Source: Solemya velum
Taxonomy: Eukaryota
Reading direction: 5' to 3'
Assembly (NCBI GenBank): GCA_048127485.1
Contig: JBHNWI010000006.1
Coordinates: forward strand, 46,407,358 to 46,471,357
DNA length: 64,000 nt
The translations under genes were made by a program, and so were the position numbers. Position 1 is the stretch's first letter. Each line of letters starts with the position of its first letter. Under the pieces are notes generated by a model. It ran no database searches, had not been told where the DNA came from, and saw nothing but the letters and a program-made list of their open reading frames with translations. Below, piece by piece: positions 13,687-25,141 of this stretch.

Positions 13687-13787
13687 GTTATCAGCAGTGT
13701 AGACATACAGAGCATAGAGCCTGTGGATGTTAAGATGAGGGACAGTCTCAGTAAATCTGTTCAACAGGCAATCGAAATATCCACCAG
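13687..13787 (+). CDS. MVP: MVP exon. Translation [33 protein letters not shown](R).
   Basis: taacag| acceptor and GTTAGT donor. Matches human '[34 protein letters not shown]'. Confidence 0.9.
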
Positions 13788-13861
13788 GTTAGTGTCACTC
13801 ATTTGGCATGAATATATCAAACTTATTTTCCCACCATTGTTTGTGTTTGAGTCCTTTCTTG

Positions 13862-13865
13862 TTTA

Positions 13866-13922
<57 letters not shown>
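13862..13922. repeat. (GAT)n microsatellite, about 20 units, in an MVP intron.
   Basis: Direct. It generates the spurious poly-Ser/poly-Asp ORFs 13795-14202 and 13808-14017. Confidence 0.95.
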
Positions 13923-13923
<1 letters not shown>

Positions 13924-15496
13924 CGATGCGGACAACGAAGACGATGACGATGATGAGCTGGTTTGTTTTAGGTCTTCTAATGCACAGTTACAGTTATTAG
14001 GCCCTGTCAGTGCATGAAGGTGGGTCGAAAAACCTTGACAGAAATGTATACATAAATATCCAGGAAGAACTTTCAGGGACCAACAATTTTCCACTAAGGA
14101 ATTCGAGGAAACTGAAGCTTGAAAATTTTCATCGACAGGGAGACTCGAACCCAGGCAGTGAGAGGTTCCACGACCAGACACCAAATCTTGTTTGACAAAC
14201 AAATATGAACACAGTCGACCTTGTCTATAAAGACCATCTCAGGGAACAAACAAAAGTGATCTTAGGTAGCAGATGATCTTTATATGGAAGTTAACTTGTT
14301 CCTAACTTAAACAGTCAAGACTAAAAGTTTATGGTCTTGATAAATGCTTTCTTTTTGTAGAGGTGGTCTTTAATGCAGGTTTGACAGTCTTTCATACTGA
14401 GTATTTAGTTTGTTGGGATTCGTTGAGAAACCTTGGAGGAGAAGTTTGGAAATGTGTCCCAGCTCTTTTGTTTCACGGGCCAACAAAGGATTTCAAACTA
14501 CAGATGATGTTTTTTGTATTTTGTTTTGACTAAAGCCATAATGCCATTCATTTCCTTATAGACTGTTTTTTTCATAAGTAGCATTTAATTATTTCACACA
14601 GCAATAGTCATTTAAAGAGTTAAATTTCCCTATTTACTCTCAATGTTCAATTTTAACTGCAATATACATGTACTCTACTACCATGAAATCTAGGATACTA
14701 GCTCAGAGGGACCTAGTCAAACACCAAAAAATTCGACTTCTATTCCACTCTTTTCTTATATGAATTGAACTGGTCCTGACATTACCCCACCCCCGCAAAT
14801 GAGCAAGTCTCTTGTAATTAGGCCACACCACGCTAATATTCTAAATTTCGTGGTGGTAAGTATATCTAGTTAAAATACATTTTATTCTAAAATTACAAAT
14901 TCTGATGATGCCATTGGTAATTTTAATTGTTAGAGATTGCTTTTGATTTCATGGGAGCTGTTTAAATTAAAAAGTGATTTGCTGAAAGTAATTTTTATGG
15001 AAAAATCAGTGTTTCTCAAACTAATATATGATTTATTGAAGGCTAGGTGATAGCTAAAGTTTAAAACTATGGACACATGTCTTACTTTTACTCTCTTACT
15101 TGTTCATAAACAGTTACTGCTATCACATCACAAATGTAAAACGATCGAGATAGAAAAACTCGATTCCTACTGAAAAACTACAACAATAAAGAACTGATAC
15201 ATGTACATCACTATTACAGTTATCTTGTTAAATTTTCATTGTTAATGGCTATTATAGAATAATGAACATTTTGATGCTCAAAGCAACAGATATGTTCCTA
15301 TAGCATGCATTCTGAAAAGTACTTGAAACACTGGAATGTGTATTAGTATAATGAGATATCAAATCTAGCCCGCAGAAAATTGGAACAACTTTTGATTGGT
15401 TATAATGATACTGGGGAATCTTGTGGCATTCAGCATAGCAGCTTACTCCTGATATTTTTTACGTAGACTATGAACTATTGTACTTAATATATTCAG

Positions 15497-15723
15497 ATCT
15501 ATAGAGGCAGCTGCCAGCCACGAGGCACAGAGAAATGAACAGGTTGCCAGGGGTGAACTGGAGAGACAGAAACTGCTGAACGAGAAAGAGTCTGAAAAAG
15601 AACGAACCAAACTAATAGAATTGCAGGCTATCACTGCAGCTGTGGAGTCAACCGGGTCAGCCAAGGCTGAAGCACAAGCACAAGCTGAGAAAACAATTAT
15701 TGAATGTGAAAGTGAGATAGAAG
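15497..15723 (+). CDS. MVP: MVP exon, start of the C-terminal coiled-coil/cap-helix region. Translation (R)[75 protein letters not shown].
   Basis: attcag| acceptor and GTGAGG donor. Matches human '[61 protein letters not shown]'. Confidence 0.9.
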
Positions 15724-17284
15724 GTGAGGTTAGCTTCATATTGGAGTCTGATGCTTCTATTCTCAGTTCGGTGTGTTCTTGTTTCTCCCACTTTCTTATA
15801 ATAACATAGGGGCAGATATGTTGTGACAGCAGTTATAGTCTGCTTCACTAATTAACATAATGTTAATTAACACACATCGACAGCCGCCTTACCCAACTGA
15901 AGGAACGTTTGGAGACTGGCGCAATGGATGTGATACAGTACACAGACACAGCATCCCATCTTCTGCATTTACAGCGATGATAACAATATATAAATGTTTA
16001 AGTGTAGTGCTTTAAGTTTCATATGTTGTATATATATGTTTTGATTTTAATTAATTATATCTTATTAATGTTTAAGTGTAGTGCTTTAAGTTTCATATGT
16101 TGTATATAAATGTTTTTTGATCTCTTATCAATTAATGTTTTATTACATTTAACATTTTAAGATAGTGTGATAAAATATGAAAACATTTGAAATGGGAATA
16201 AAATGCAGAATAGGTATATTAACAGTTAAATAGAGTTGTGACTGTTTTTAAAATTACAGGTAAAAAATCTTTATCAGAACAGACTATAATTGGTGTGCCA
16301 TTGTTCTCCAGTGTTTGTATAATTTCTTTGATCTCGGAAAAGTGGGAGAAAGAGGAACAAACCCTCAGTTCACAAACTAGAGTAAAAAGTTGGAGTAACT
16401 TTTGTGATTCAAACGGTAAAGCAAAACATGCTGCTGTATAAAGTGGTATGACCTGCCACCCTGAAACTTGAGAAATTTGGAAATAACCCAGCCTGGTGCT
16501 TATTAGCTACTGTGACTACATGATTTATGAAATTACTACAAATCAGTGAGTTGAAGTATGAAACATGTACTACGGAATATTTTATTCATAATCATGATGA
16601 AAAGACAGCTATTTCAACCCCTGACAGGTATCGGAGCTTGCCATGAGTGAGACGGCTGGTTCTCGATATTACAAAAAGCAATTCATGGTATGGCCATGGC
16701 TGTACAGGTTGGTTGTAATGTTGTTTACGACCCTGTGTACTGTAATAAATTTATATGAGTAACAGTTTGAAATCAAGACAATACAATGATAACTCTACTT
16801 TCAACACAGAATTTTACATAACAGGAGCTGTAGATCTTGGACACCTGAGAGTGATATGAATATTGTTGAATCATATGAAGGGGATATTGTTTATACATCA
16901 AATCAGATTGAGTTAATTAAACAAATTTATAAGTGATAATGCATGTGCATGTGATATGGAGTTTCATAGCCTATTTATGTACAGGTCACCCAAACAGCTT
17001 ATGTTATGTTTCATAATCAAATATATATCACATAGATAGATCATGGAAAGTAGATACTGGTAAAATAATCATTTGACCAGAAAACATCCCTTTTCCTGAT
17101 AATACTTTTTGGAAAGAAAGGTCTTCACGTCATCAATACATGGGTCCATTGGTATGTTCCAAAAAGAATTCACTGCCTGTAAGATATGTAAACTATAAAA
17201 TCAAACAAAAGATGAAAATCTGAATAGTTAACAAATAGACATTGGTTAAAGGCCGGGGCTGGAGGAATCCCATGCCAATCCATG

Positions 17285-17545
17285 GTGTGTATTTCTCCAT
17301 TCTCAAGGTGGGATTGGTGGGATTTGGTGGAAAAAGAACCTATGTGTAAACACATGGTAAGAACCACTAGCCAGCCCAGTGTCACTGATAACTTTTGCAT
17401 GAGCATACCAAGTCTGCTGGTGATACACTCCAAGCAGGACTCAAACTCGAGATGTGGGAGGCAGGAGGACTTGGTTCTGGGCACCTTACCCACTGGGCTA
17501 TGGCACCTTCTGTGGGTTCTGGACTCACCGTAGTGTGTTGAAAAG
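17285..17545 (-). repeat. SINE family D (tRNA-derived) on the minus strand, copy 1.
   Basis: Reverse complement reads 'ggtgccatagcccagtgggtaaggtgcccag...ctcgagtttgagtcctgcttgg' (A-box and B-box like). Confidence 0.65.
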
Positions 17546-17639
17546 GCAAATACTAGCAAACAGCACAGAGAAAGCCATAATGGCATATGTGTAGCTGAAA
17601 AGGATGTTATTGAAGGGGTTAGTGTTAGTCATTTAGGAG

Positions 17640-17872
17640 GCATGTGTTCAATCTCTGAAGGGCCCCTAAGGTCCCCATCAATGGGATTAGGAGGGGGAAC
17701 CTAGTTTAAAATCACAGGCCAGCGGCAAATCACTGACAACTCTCGCAGGAGCAAAGCCGACTTTAACATTGAGACCACTTTTTTCCTTGCAGTGGGATTT
17801 GAACTGGAAAGTTTTAGGATTTGATGTCAGCTGTCTTCTCCATGAGGTTATGGCAGTGCCCTATGTTCTTGA
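17640..17872 (-). repeat. SINE family D on the minus strand, a diverged copy 2 in tandem orientation.
   Basis: Reverse complement reads 'ggcactgccataacctcatggagaag...gttcaaatcccactgcaagg'. It shares 'gccagc.gca.tcactga.aact.t.gca.gagca.a.c' with copy 1. Confidence 0.6.
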
Positions 17873-17922
17873 ATCCTAGTTTACTCACTCTTGTTTCATA
17901 TTCAAATCTTATATTTTCACAG

Positions 17923-17987
17923 GGACCAAGTTAAGAATGGAAGCAGCAGATATAGAACACAGCACTAGGCTCAAAACACAGGAACTG
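17923..17987 (+). CDS. MVP: MVP exon. Translation GTKLRMEAADIEHSTRLKTQEL.
   Basis: tttcacag| acceptor and GTGAGA donor. Phase-consistent. Aligns to human 'AKLKAQALAIETEAELQRVQKV'. About 6 aa are missing relative to human after 'IEG'. Confidence 0.75.
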
Positions 17988-18075
17988 GTGAGACAATTAA
18001 CGATTATAAGAAACTTCTGCTTCCATCATTCCTAAACTTATACTCACAGTCAAGAGCCTGTAGTCCCCAAAACAA

Positions 18076-18152
18076 TTCCCTGCCCTGCCCTGCCCTGCCC
18101 TGCCCTGCCCTGCCCTGCCCTGCCCTGCCCTGCCCTGCCCTGCCCTGCCCCC
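18076..18152. repeat. (CCCTG)n pentanucleotide microsatellite, about 14 units, in an MVP intron.
   Basis: Direct. Confidence 0.95.
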
Positions 18153-18789
18153 CTGAAAAACTTCTGAAATCAGAAGCTCTTAGTTTAGTCCAGCTTGAGT
18201 ATCAGTTTCCCTGTCTGAGTTATGGTTCATGGTCATGCTTTTCACAATAATAATATGAACCAGATCAGTACATGGCCAACACTTTAACTAATATGGACAG
18301 TTATTGGGTTTTGTCTAAGAAGTTGCATTTATTTATGATATGTATTTGCTTACAAAATTTAATTCAAACTATAATCTTACATGAAAAAAATAAGTGTAGG
18401 CATATATCTGAAATGCCTAATGGTAACTACACCCCTGTTATACTGCAAATGCAAATTGGTCTTTCAGGTGAATTGTCATCAAACTTCTCACAAAAAATTT
18501 ACTATAATATCGAGTCCAAAGTCAATTGGATGTCATGGTTACTTAAAAATAAAAAAAAAACTCCACCATCTTCCAAATATTATCTATTTTCAAACAACTG
18601 TTAATTATGACAAAGGAGAGTTCTATATTGCTTTCGAAGTCCTTTAGAATATTATTAAAGTCATATGATGTGTCAATTTTACTAAAATACTGAGATAACT
18701 TTTTTTCCCTATAGCCCTAACATATATTAAAATGATGATAAAGAACAAACATCGACTAAAAGTCTTCTTTTTTGGTTAAAATTTACTAA

Positions 18790-19930
18790 AATGTTGTACA
18801 ACCGAATTATTGTCTTCCCGTACAATAATTCGTTGACTGCATTTCCGTATTCATTGACCTTTCAGTGTGACCCCACTCGGCAAGTGTTCGGTCAATCTTC
18901 GGTAGTCGAATCGCGCATGCGTAAATTGTCAAAATGGCGGGACAACAAGAAAACAAACGCGGTGGAAATATAGTTTTGACTGACTCAGCCCGAAACACAA
19001 TCGTATCAAGGTTAATAGGAAGAATAACAAAGCTAGAATATATATGGGGATGGAGTACTACCGGTGGAATGAGCTTAAATGTGTGTTCAAACTCGTACCG
19101 AAGTGATAAAGATTCTCGTGGACATCTCGTAAACAAGAAGTCATCTCACTTCAGCTTCCATGATTGATTGAAGGTCACGGTCGATTATCCTCGGAATCTG
19201 CTTCGGAACCGATTTCCGTAAGTTTCGAAAACTAATGAGCGGCCATTATCGTGAAACAATGACTCGTCAGAACGTCGATGTAACAGCCGATAATGTATAA
19301 CTAGGGCGATGTTACTGCTATCAAAATACACGAAACGCTTATTTTTTATTGTATGAACAATAAGAAGATGAATTTTCCGTGAATATTTTCAGACTAAAAG
19401 CTCGTTTCATATGACTTTAAGGATACTGTGCGAGTCATTCCCTGTGATGTCTAATTTATATATGTGTAGTTTGTCTGTCGAACAGTCTACTATATTATAC
19501 CTCACATAGAAATCTCCTATTCCGATTGGACGAGAATCTGTATATGTCAGCTTATATCTACGGCTACAGCTGTAGATATATGAGTTCAACTCACCCCGCA
19601 TGAGGGCCCCTTGCTAAACATTTATTCATGGACACTTCTGTTCCGCTTCGTTTGATAAAATTATTCTCGGGTAACATAGATAGATTTTGTAGATATTCCA
19701 CATTTTGTTATAAATATTGAGATTATTAATATTAGTATTAAGAATAAAATTAATTGTTGCAATGTTGGCCTCACACTTTGAAGTTTGATGTATTGATGAT
19801 CTGTCAGGTGATTTGGTCGGGTGGCAACGATACATGTAGGGGGCCTCCTATGGGATAACAATAAAGTTGTATTTGGAGGCGGACGTTTTATTTCTTTTGA
19901 TTAATTAGTACTTTTTTTTTTTTTTTTTAC
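18790..19930. mobile_element. Unclassified CpG-rich insertion next to the LINE. It ends in a T16 tract (19913-19930), i.e. poly(A) on the minus strand. Possibly a minus-oriented retro-insertion.
   Basis: Abrupt CpG enrichment (cgaatcgcgcatgcg, cggtggaa...), no recognisable ORF, a 16-nt T run, and the palindrome ctacggctacagctgtagatata at about 19561. Confidence 0.3.
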
Positions 19931-20064
19931 TAAGAACATGGATGTGAGTTATAATATAATAGTTATTTGGGTCTTACCAAGGGGGATATGATGTCACATT
20001 CACAGATTATGATTTATAGTTCATTCACCTTCACCTTCAGCTCATGAAATATAAATCATAATCT

Positions 20065-21510
20065 GTGAATGTAACAAAGTATATATCTTTTGCTGCATAT
20101 GTTATGGTGTCATTATGCTTGATAGGCCTTATTTCTTCAGAATACTACCGCCCTATTGCGCTCACTAGTTGCATTTGTAAAACCATGGAACGTATGATCA
20201 ATGATAGACTTGTCTGGTTCCTTGAATCAAATAAACTGTTAACCAACATTCAGTGTGGTTTCAGGAGCCAGAAAAGTACTACCGACCACTTGGTCAGACT
20301 AGAAACTTTTATTCGCGAAGCTTTTATTCGTAAAGAACATGTTGCATCTATCTTTTTCGATCTTGAAAAGGCATATGATACAACATGGAAATATGGTATT
20401 ATGAATGACCTGTTTGATATGGGTCTTCGAGGACTTTTACCTCACTTCATTAGCAGTTTTTTATATGATAGACATTTCAAAGTAAAAGTTGGGTCTACCC
20501 TTTCTGATCTGCATGATCAGGAAATGGGTGTACCACAGGGAAGCATACTATCTGTTACCCTTTTTAGTATAAAAATCAATAGTCTTGCGAAATGCATAGC
20601 GCCAGGAGCTGAGGGATCTCTGTATGTTGATGACTTCCTCCTGTGCTATCGATCAAAAAATATGAAAAGCATTGAACGTCAACTCCAGTTGTCGCTTAAT
20701 AAAATGCAAAAATGGGCTGACAATAATGGTTTTAAATTTTCTAAAGCCAAAACTGTTTGCATGCATTTTTGCCAATCACGAGGACTTCACCATGATCCCC
20801 AGTTATTTCTCAATGGCACAGCGATTCCTGTGGTAAAGGAAACCAAATTTCTGGGTATCATGTTGGGTCCCAAGTTAACTTTTGTACCTCATATTAGATA
20901 TTTAAAGTCAAAATGCCATAAAGCTATTAATTTGTTGCGAGTTGTAGCACATACCGACTGGGGGGCAGATCGTCAGGTTCTGCTCCGCCTTTATAGATCA
21001 CTTGTCCGATCAAAGTTGGATTATGGTAGTGTAGTCTATGGCTCAGCTAGAAAATCATATCTGAAGTTGCTCGACCCCATTCATAATCAGGGTCTTCGAT
21101 TATGTCTTGGGGCTTTTAGAACATCCCCTGCGGAAAGCTTGTTCGCCGAGGCCAATGAACCCTCGTTGTATCTTCGACGTAAAAAGCTTTCTTTGCAGTA
21201 TGCTACTAAGCTGTACTCAAACCCTGATAACCCTGCTTTTGACTGTGTTTTTAATCCCAAATATGAAGTTTTATTTGTACAAAAACCTAATGCTATTCCA
21301 ACTTTTGGTATACGTGTTGGTCCTGAACTTGCGGAAACTGGTATTGATGTTGATCAGATAGCTGCGAACTCGGTGCCGAGGTCTCCTCCTTGGTTGACAG
21401 CAACACCAAAAATACTTTTCGATTTGAACAAGTCAAAAAAGGCCACTACTGATCCACTTCTTTACCGTTCCCAATTTTATGAGCTTCGTGATACTTATAG
21501 AATTTTATAG
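20065..21510 (+). CDS. LINE pol, reverse transcriptase domain. The track ORF starts at a GTG; this is not a native start.
   Basis: Canonical RT blocks 1-7 of non-LTR elements. Confidence 0.85.
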   Translation: MNVTKYISFAAYVMVSLCLIGLISSEYYRPIALTSCICKTMERMINDRLVWFLESNKLLTNIQCGFRSQKSTTDHLVRLETFIREAFIRKEHVASIFFDLEKAYDTTWKYGIMNDLFDMGLRGLLPHFISSFLYDRHFKVKVGSTLSDLHDQEMGVPQGSILSVTLFSIKINSLAKCIAPGAEGSLYVDDFLLCYRSKNMKSIERQLQLSLNKMQKWADNNGFKFSKAKTVCMHFCQSRGLHHDPQLFLNGTAIPVVKETKFLGIMLGPKLTFVPHIRYLKSKCHKAINLLRVVAHTDWGADRQVLLRLYRSLVRSKLDYGSVVYGSARKSYLKLLDPIHNQGLRLCLGAFRTSPAESLFAEANEPSLYLRRKKLSLQYATKLYSNPDNPAFDCVFNPKYEVLFVQKPNAIPTFGIRVGPELAETGIDVDQIAANSVPRSPPWLTATPKILFDLNKSKKATTDPLLYRSQFYELRDTYRIL

Positions 21511-21512
21511 AC

Positions 21513-22307
21513 ATTTATACTGATGGATCAAGGGAGGGTGACCACGCGGCAGCTGCAATCGCAACTCCAACTGGCATCCTCTCTACAAGACTTCCTGACA
21601 AATCTTCTATTTTTACTGCTGAACTTCGGGCTCTTCATATGGCACTGGACTATGTAGAGGAGTCCCATGACAGAGAGTTCATTATTTTTTCGGACTCTGT
21701 CATGTTCACAAGCATTAAAAATTCTTTAAAGTTCAAAAATCCTATTATATCTAACATTCTTGCAAAGCACAGCTGTCTTCTCTCCCGAGAGAAGAGAGTT
21801 GTGCTTTGCTGGATACCCAGTCATGTCGGTACCCATGGTAACGAACGGATGGATTCTGCAGCTAAAAAAGCACTGAATTTACCCATAACTGATTACAAAA
21901 TATTATATACAGATTTCCAAGATTACATTTTTAAATACATTCGTACCATCTGGCAGTCTCATTGGAACGAGGCTACTTCTAATAAGCTTCACGACCTGAA
22001 GCCTATTTTAGGTGAATGGCGTGAAGCTTACAGGAACATTCGTCGTGAGGAGGTTGTACTGTGCCGATGTCGCATTGGGCATACCCTCCTCACACACTCA
22101 TTTATTTTGAAGGGTGACACTCAACCGCAGTGTGTTTCTTGTTGCTGTCCTTTGACAGTGAAACACATCATGGTTGAGTGTCCACATTTAGCCAGCAATA
22201 GAGACCGTTTTTACAGAGTCCGAACAATGCTAGACTTGTTCGGCTCTGTTTCTACCGACCAGATTTTAAATTTTTTAAAGTATACAAATTTCTTTTCAAA
22301 GTTTTAA
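21513..22307 (+). CDS. LINE pol continuation, RNase H plus CCHC zinc finger. It is frame-shifted relative to RT by one frameshift/stop near 21480-21512.
   Basis: Dx(TDGS), WIPSHxGIxGNExxDxxAK and CxxCx..HxxxxC motifs. Confidence 0.8.
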   Translation: MYTDGSREGDHAAAAIATPTGILSTRLPDKSSIFTAELRALHMALDYVEESHDREFIIFSDSVMFTSIKNSLKFKNPIISNILAKHSCLLSREKRVVLCWIPSHVGTHGNERMDSAAKKALNLPITDYKILYTDFQDYIFKYIRTIWQSHWNEATSNKLHDLKPILGEWREAYRNIRREEVVLCRCRIGHTLLTHSFILKGDTQPQCVSCCCPLTVKHIMVECPHLASNRDRFYRVRTMLDLFGSVSTDQILNFLKYTNFFSKF

Positions 22308-22914
22308 ACATGTTTCATAATTTCAATCATTATTTATGATAATCATTTGTCAGAGTGCATTATGTGGCTGTGATGCATCGCCAACTGCGACCGCGCACAT
22401 CTCCGCCCCGTGAGGTGGGTTTTGGGGAAGGAGTTGTTGAAAAGGAGAGATGATGGCGTTGGTCGTTTTTGCTGATGTGTCGATGTCACATTCTGCACTC
22501 CCCATCTCTGTACATTGTATATATTCACTTATTTATTACTATTAACATACTTTCATTTTTAATTCATCTCATTTCAAATTTCCACATATTTTACTTTTTT
22601 AACTCATAACTCCACATCATTGAAACTTTATTGGCACTATATGGCCTTCTTGTGCCGGTGTGCCGTTAAAGGCTAATTCATCATCATCATCATCATCTTC
22701 AGAATAAATTTGACATCTGGCATTAAAACTTATTGAGTGATTTATGAATTTAAAAACATGAAAGCAGTTAGACTTGAATTTAATTCCACATTTGTTACTA
22801 TTACACTGTTTGTGTACTATGCAATAATTTTGTCTTTTATTTGGCTGAAAACATTTGCATCAAACCAAATTAATATCACCAGCTGAAGTGTACTCTTGGA
22901 ATTTCTTCTTTCAG

Positions 22915-22995
22915 TTAAGAGAACAGGAACTCTCATATCTGGGCACCCAGAATAAACTAGAATTGGAGAGAGAGAGAGGATTGGCAGAAATTGAG
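22915..22995 (+). CDS. MVP: MVP exon. Translation LREQELSYLGTQNKLELERERGLAEIE.
   Basis: tttcag| acceptor and GTGAAT donor. Aligns to human '[27 protein letters not shown]'. Confidence 0.85.
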
Positions 22996-23186
22996 GTGAA
23001 TACATAGTGTGATGTGTCATGTGTGTGTGTCATGTATCGTGTATGTTTCATGTGGTGTGTATGTACCATGTGTGTCAGACATTCTACATGGCTTTGAAAT
23101 TTGAGTCTGATCCTCTAATTAAGGTGCTGAGCAGATTCTGAGAACCATTTTCTGTATTCTGAGGCCTACACTCTACTATATACTAC

Positions 23187-23355
23187 AGTCGAACCTGCCT
23201 TAAAGGGCACCTCTATATAGCAACCACTTGTTTATAAAGGCCATGGAAGCATTTCCCATTTTTACTATTTTCTTAGTACATGTATTACAACCTCCATATA
23301 ACAACCACCTGCTCATAAAGGGCACATCCCCTGGCTCGTTATATACAGTTTGACT
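23187..23355. repeat. Small MITE with TIR 'ctacagtcgaacc / agtttgactgtag'. A related copy lies at about 53350-53560.
   Basis: Terminal inverted repeat plus the shared internal 'acctctatata...accac.tg..cataaagg.cac' with 53380-53555. Confidence 0.5.
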
Positions 23356-23702
23356 GTAGTTTGTTACTGTTTTGTTTTGTTCCCTGACAAGGATGTTCAT
23401 ATTGTTTTCCTTTGTTCTTATCAGTATACCTGAAAGTATTCACTACATTCCTGAGATTCGGTCGGAAGTCTGTCTAGTGCTAGTACTATTTTCGTTGTAC
23501 AAACTAAAACTTCATTGTCTGTTTGTTTCAGACTGACTTTTTACAACTGACTAGCATCCATTTGTTGGAAACTAAATTTCTGGTAGCGACTGCTCTTAAA
23601 GTATAATTTTAATTGTTAGAAACCACACTACCATCACCTCTGCTGAAGGGCCTTATAACCTGTTGAATTGAAATTTAAAAAAATGTTTTTTGCAAATACA
23701 GG

Positions 23703-23783
23703 TGAACAAAATGAGGAAGATGGTTAATGCATTGGGTACAGATACACTGGCTGCCATCTTGACAGCTGGACCACAAAATGAGG
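23703..23783 (+). CDS. MVP: MVP exon. Translation VNKMRKMVNALGTDTLAAILTAGPQNE.
   Basis: acag| acceptor and GTAAGT donor. Matches human '[26 protein letters not shown]'. Confidence 0.9.
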
Positions 23784-25030
23784 TAAGTCTAGATTGATAA
23801 GTTCATTAGCTGTAGTCTAATTTCAGTTGTCTAACTTTTGTTGCAAAAATTTCAAGTCAGTTGAATTTTTTGCCAAATCAAAGCAGTAGTTTGGTTGTCG
23901 ATTCCCTCAGAACCTCACAGTGAATACCATGATTTGCATCTAACAAAAGCATTTGATTAGCACAGATCCGAATATAGTGACTATGGATCAAATTCCGATC
24001 ACTTGCAATTGACTAGAAGAAACTCATTCATATGATGTGTTGTTTTCTGAATCATAATTTTTGCACTATGATATTGGAACCAATCTACAGAATGAAGAAA
24101 TAATTGAATCCATATTAGCTTTATCCTGTCCCTGTCCTTGGACACCTGTGGCATTGCAGACTGTACAACAACATGAGTTGTCGCTCCAATGAACCAAGCC
24201 AACTTCTATGGTATTGCTCAATCATCTGTGCGCCTCTTTGTCTCAAAAGACAACAGGATGTGCCAACAATTTAGTTGGCTGACAGTGTCTACTGGGGCTG
24301 CAAACATGGTAAAGTCCAGTTTTGTGGTGACAGTCTTTGCAGCAGATGTTACATGCAAACTCAGATGGTGAGGGCAGTGACATTTCATGATTTTTTCTTC
24401 TTTTCTACCTCCTGACATGTCCTAATGCCATCCAGAATATGACCATGTAATGAGTTTATTTACTCCTTATCGACCACACACCTTTCGTCTGATGTTGTGC
24501 ATATATACAAGAGGGTAATTATTCTATAAGAGGAGACAACAGGATGAAGTGAGGTTCAATTGGAACTCTCTCTATTATTAGTCAATCGGGATAATTGGGT
24601 CAAGTGTCAATGGCAAGCATACTCTATGATATGCTCTTCAGGATTTTCAATGCGGCTGACATGATCCACCCACCAAAGACAGCCCTGTCTCAGTGTGGCA
24701 TACATAATACGAGAAAGAAGAGCAAATATGTTCAGGCGATGCTCTTGTCTAACTTAATTATGGCACCCATTTAATGCTATACAAAAGTATACTAGACAGG
24801 CTTTATACACAGAACCTTGGTGCTCTTTGTGAGAGAGCTAGTTTCCCACACTCTGTTGCAGTGGTGGGAACCCTTCCTGAATCTGTTCAATCAATGCAGT
24901 CAATATTCGAGACACATGTAACAAGTAACCCACTGGAGATAATTGTATCACCAGCAAGGTTCATACTTGGCTATCTTTAATGGATTTTTTTCTGAGATTT
25001 TTTTATCCTGTTTTATGTTCTTTTTCGCAG

Positions 25031-25141
25031 TGTAAGCTTCTACAAAGCTTGGGGCTTGAAAGTGTTCTCATCACCGACGGAAACAGCCCAATCAACCTTT
25101 TCAACACAGCATCTGGGTTGTTAAGAGAGAAACAAGCCTGA
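25031..25141 (+). CDS. MVP: MVP terminal coding exon. Translation [36 protein letters not shown], with TGA at 25139-25141.
   Basis: tttttcgcag| acceptor. Matches human '[32 protein letters not shown]'. Ends earlier than the human protein, so it lacks the low-complexity C-tail. Confidence 0.9.
   Translation, partial: CKLLQSLGLESVLITDGNSPINLFNTASGLLREKQA

Larger units (their letters stand above)
19995..22697 (+). mobile_element. 5'-truncated non-LTR retrotransposon (LINE) with RT, RNase H and a C-terminal CCHC zinc finger. It sits in sense orientation inside the MVP intron.
   Basis: ORF 20065-21510 has RT motifs (YRPIALTS, FFDLEKAYD, GVPQGSILS, YVDDFLL). Frame 0 from about 21513 reads 'IYTDGS...WIPSHVGTHGNERMDSAAKKA' (RNase H), followed by 'CRCRIGHTLLTHSFIL...QCVSCCCPLTVKHIMVECP' (zinc finger). 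No apurinic/apyrimidinic endonuclease (APE) domain upstream. The region is CpG-rich relative to the flanks. Confidence 0.85.

Noticed and set aside
13795-14202. 135-aa minus-strand ORF with a poly-Ser run (and the + strand poly-Asp ORF 13808-14017).
   Set aside because: It is a translation artefact of the (GAT)20 microsatellite inside an MVP intron.
17170-17586. 138-aa minus-strand ORF 'MPLWLSLCCLLVFAF...'.
   Set aside because: It lies entirely inside the SINE-D copy. The ORF tracks the tRNA-like head, so it is not a gene.
18791-19860. Short ORFs on both strands (for example 18807-19136 on -, 18934-19167 on +) in the CpG-rich block upstream of the LINE, considered as a possible missing APE/ORF1 of the LINE.
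   Set aside because: No endonuclease or nucleic-acid-binding motifs are recognisable and the frames are not contiguous with RT. I treat it as an unclassified insertion instead.
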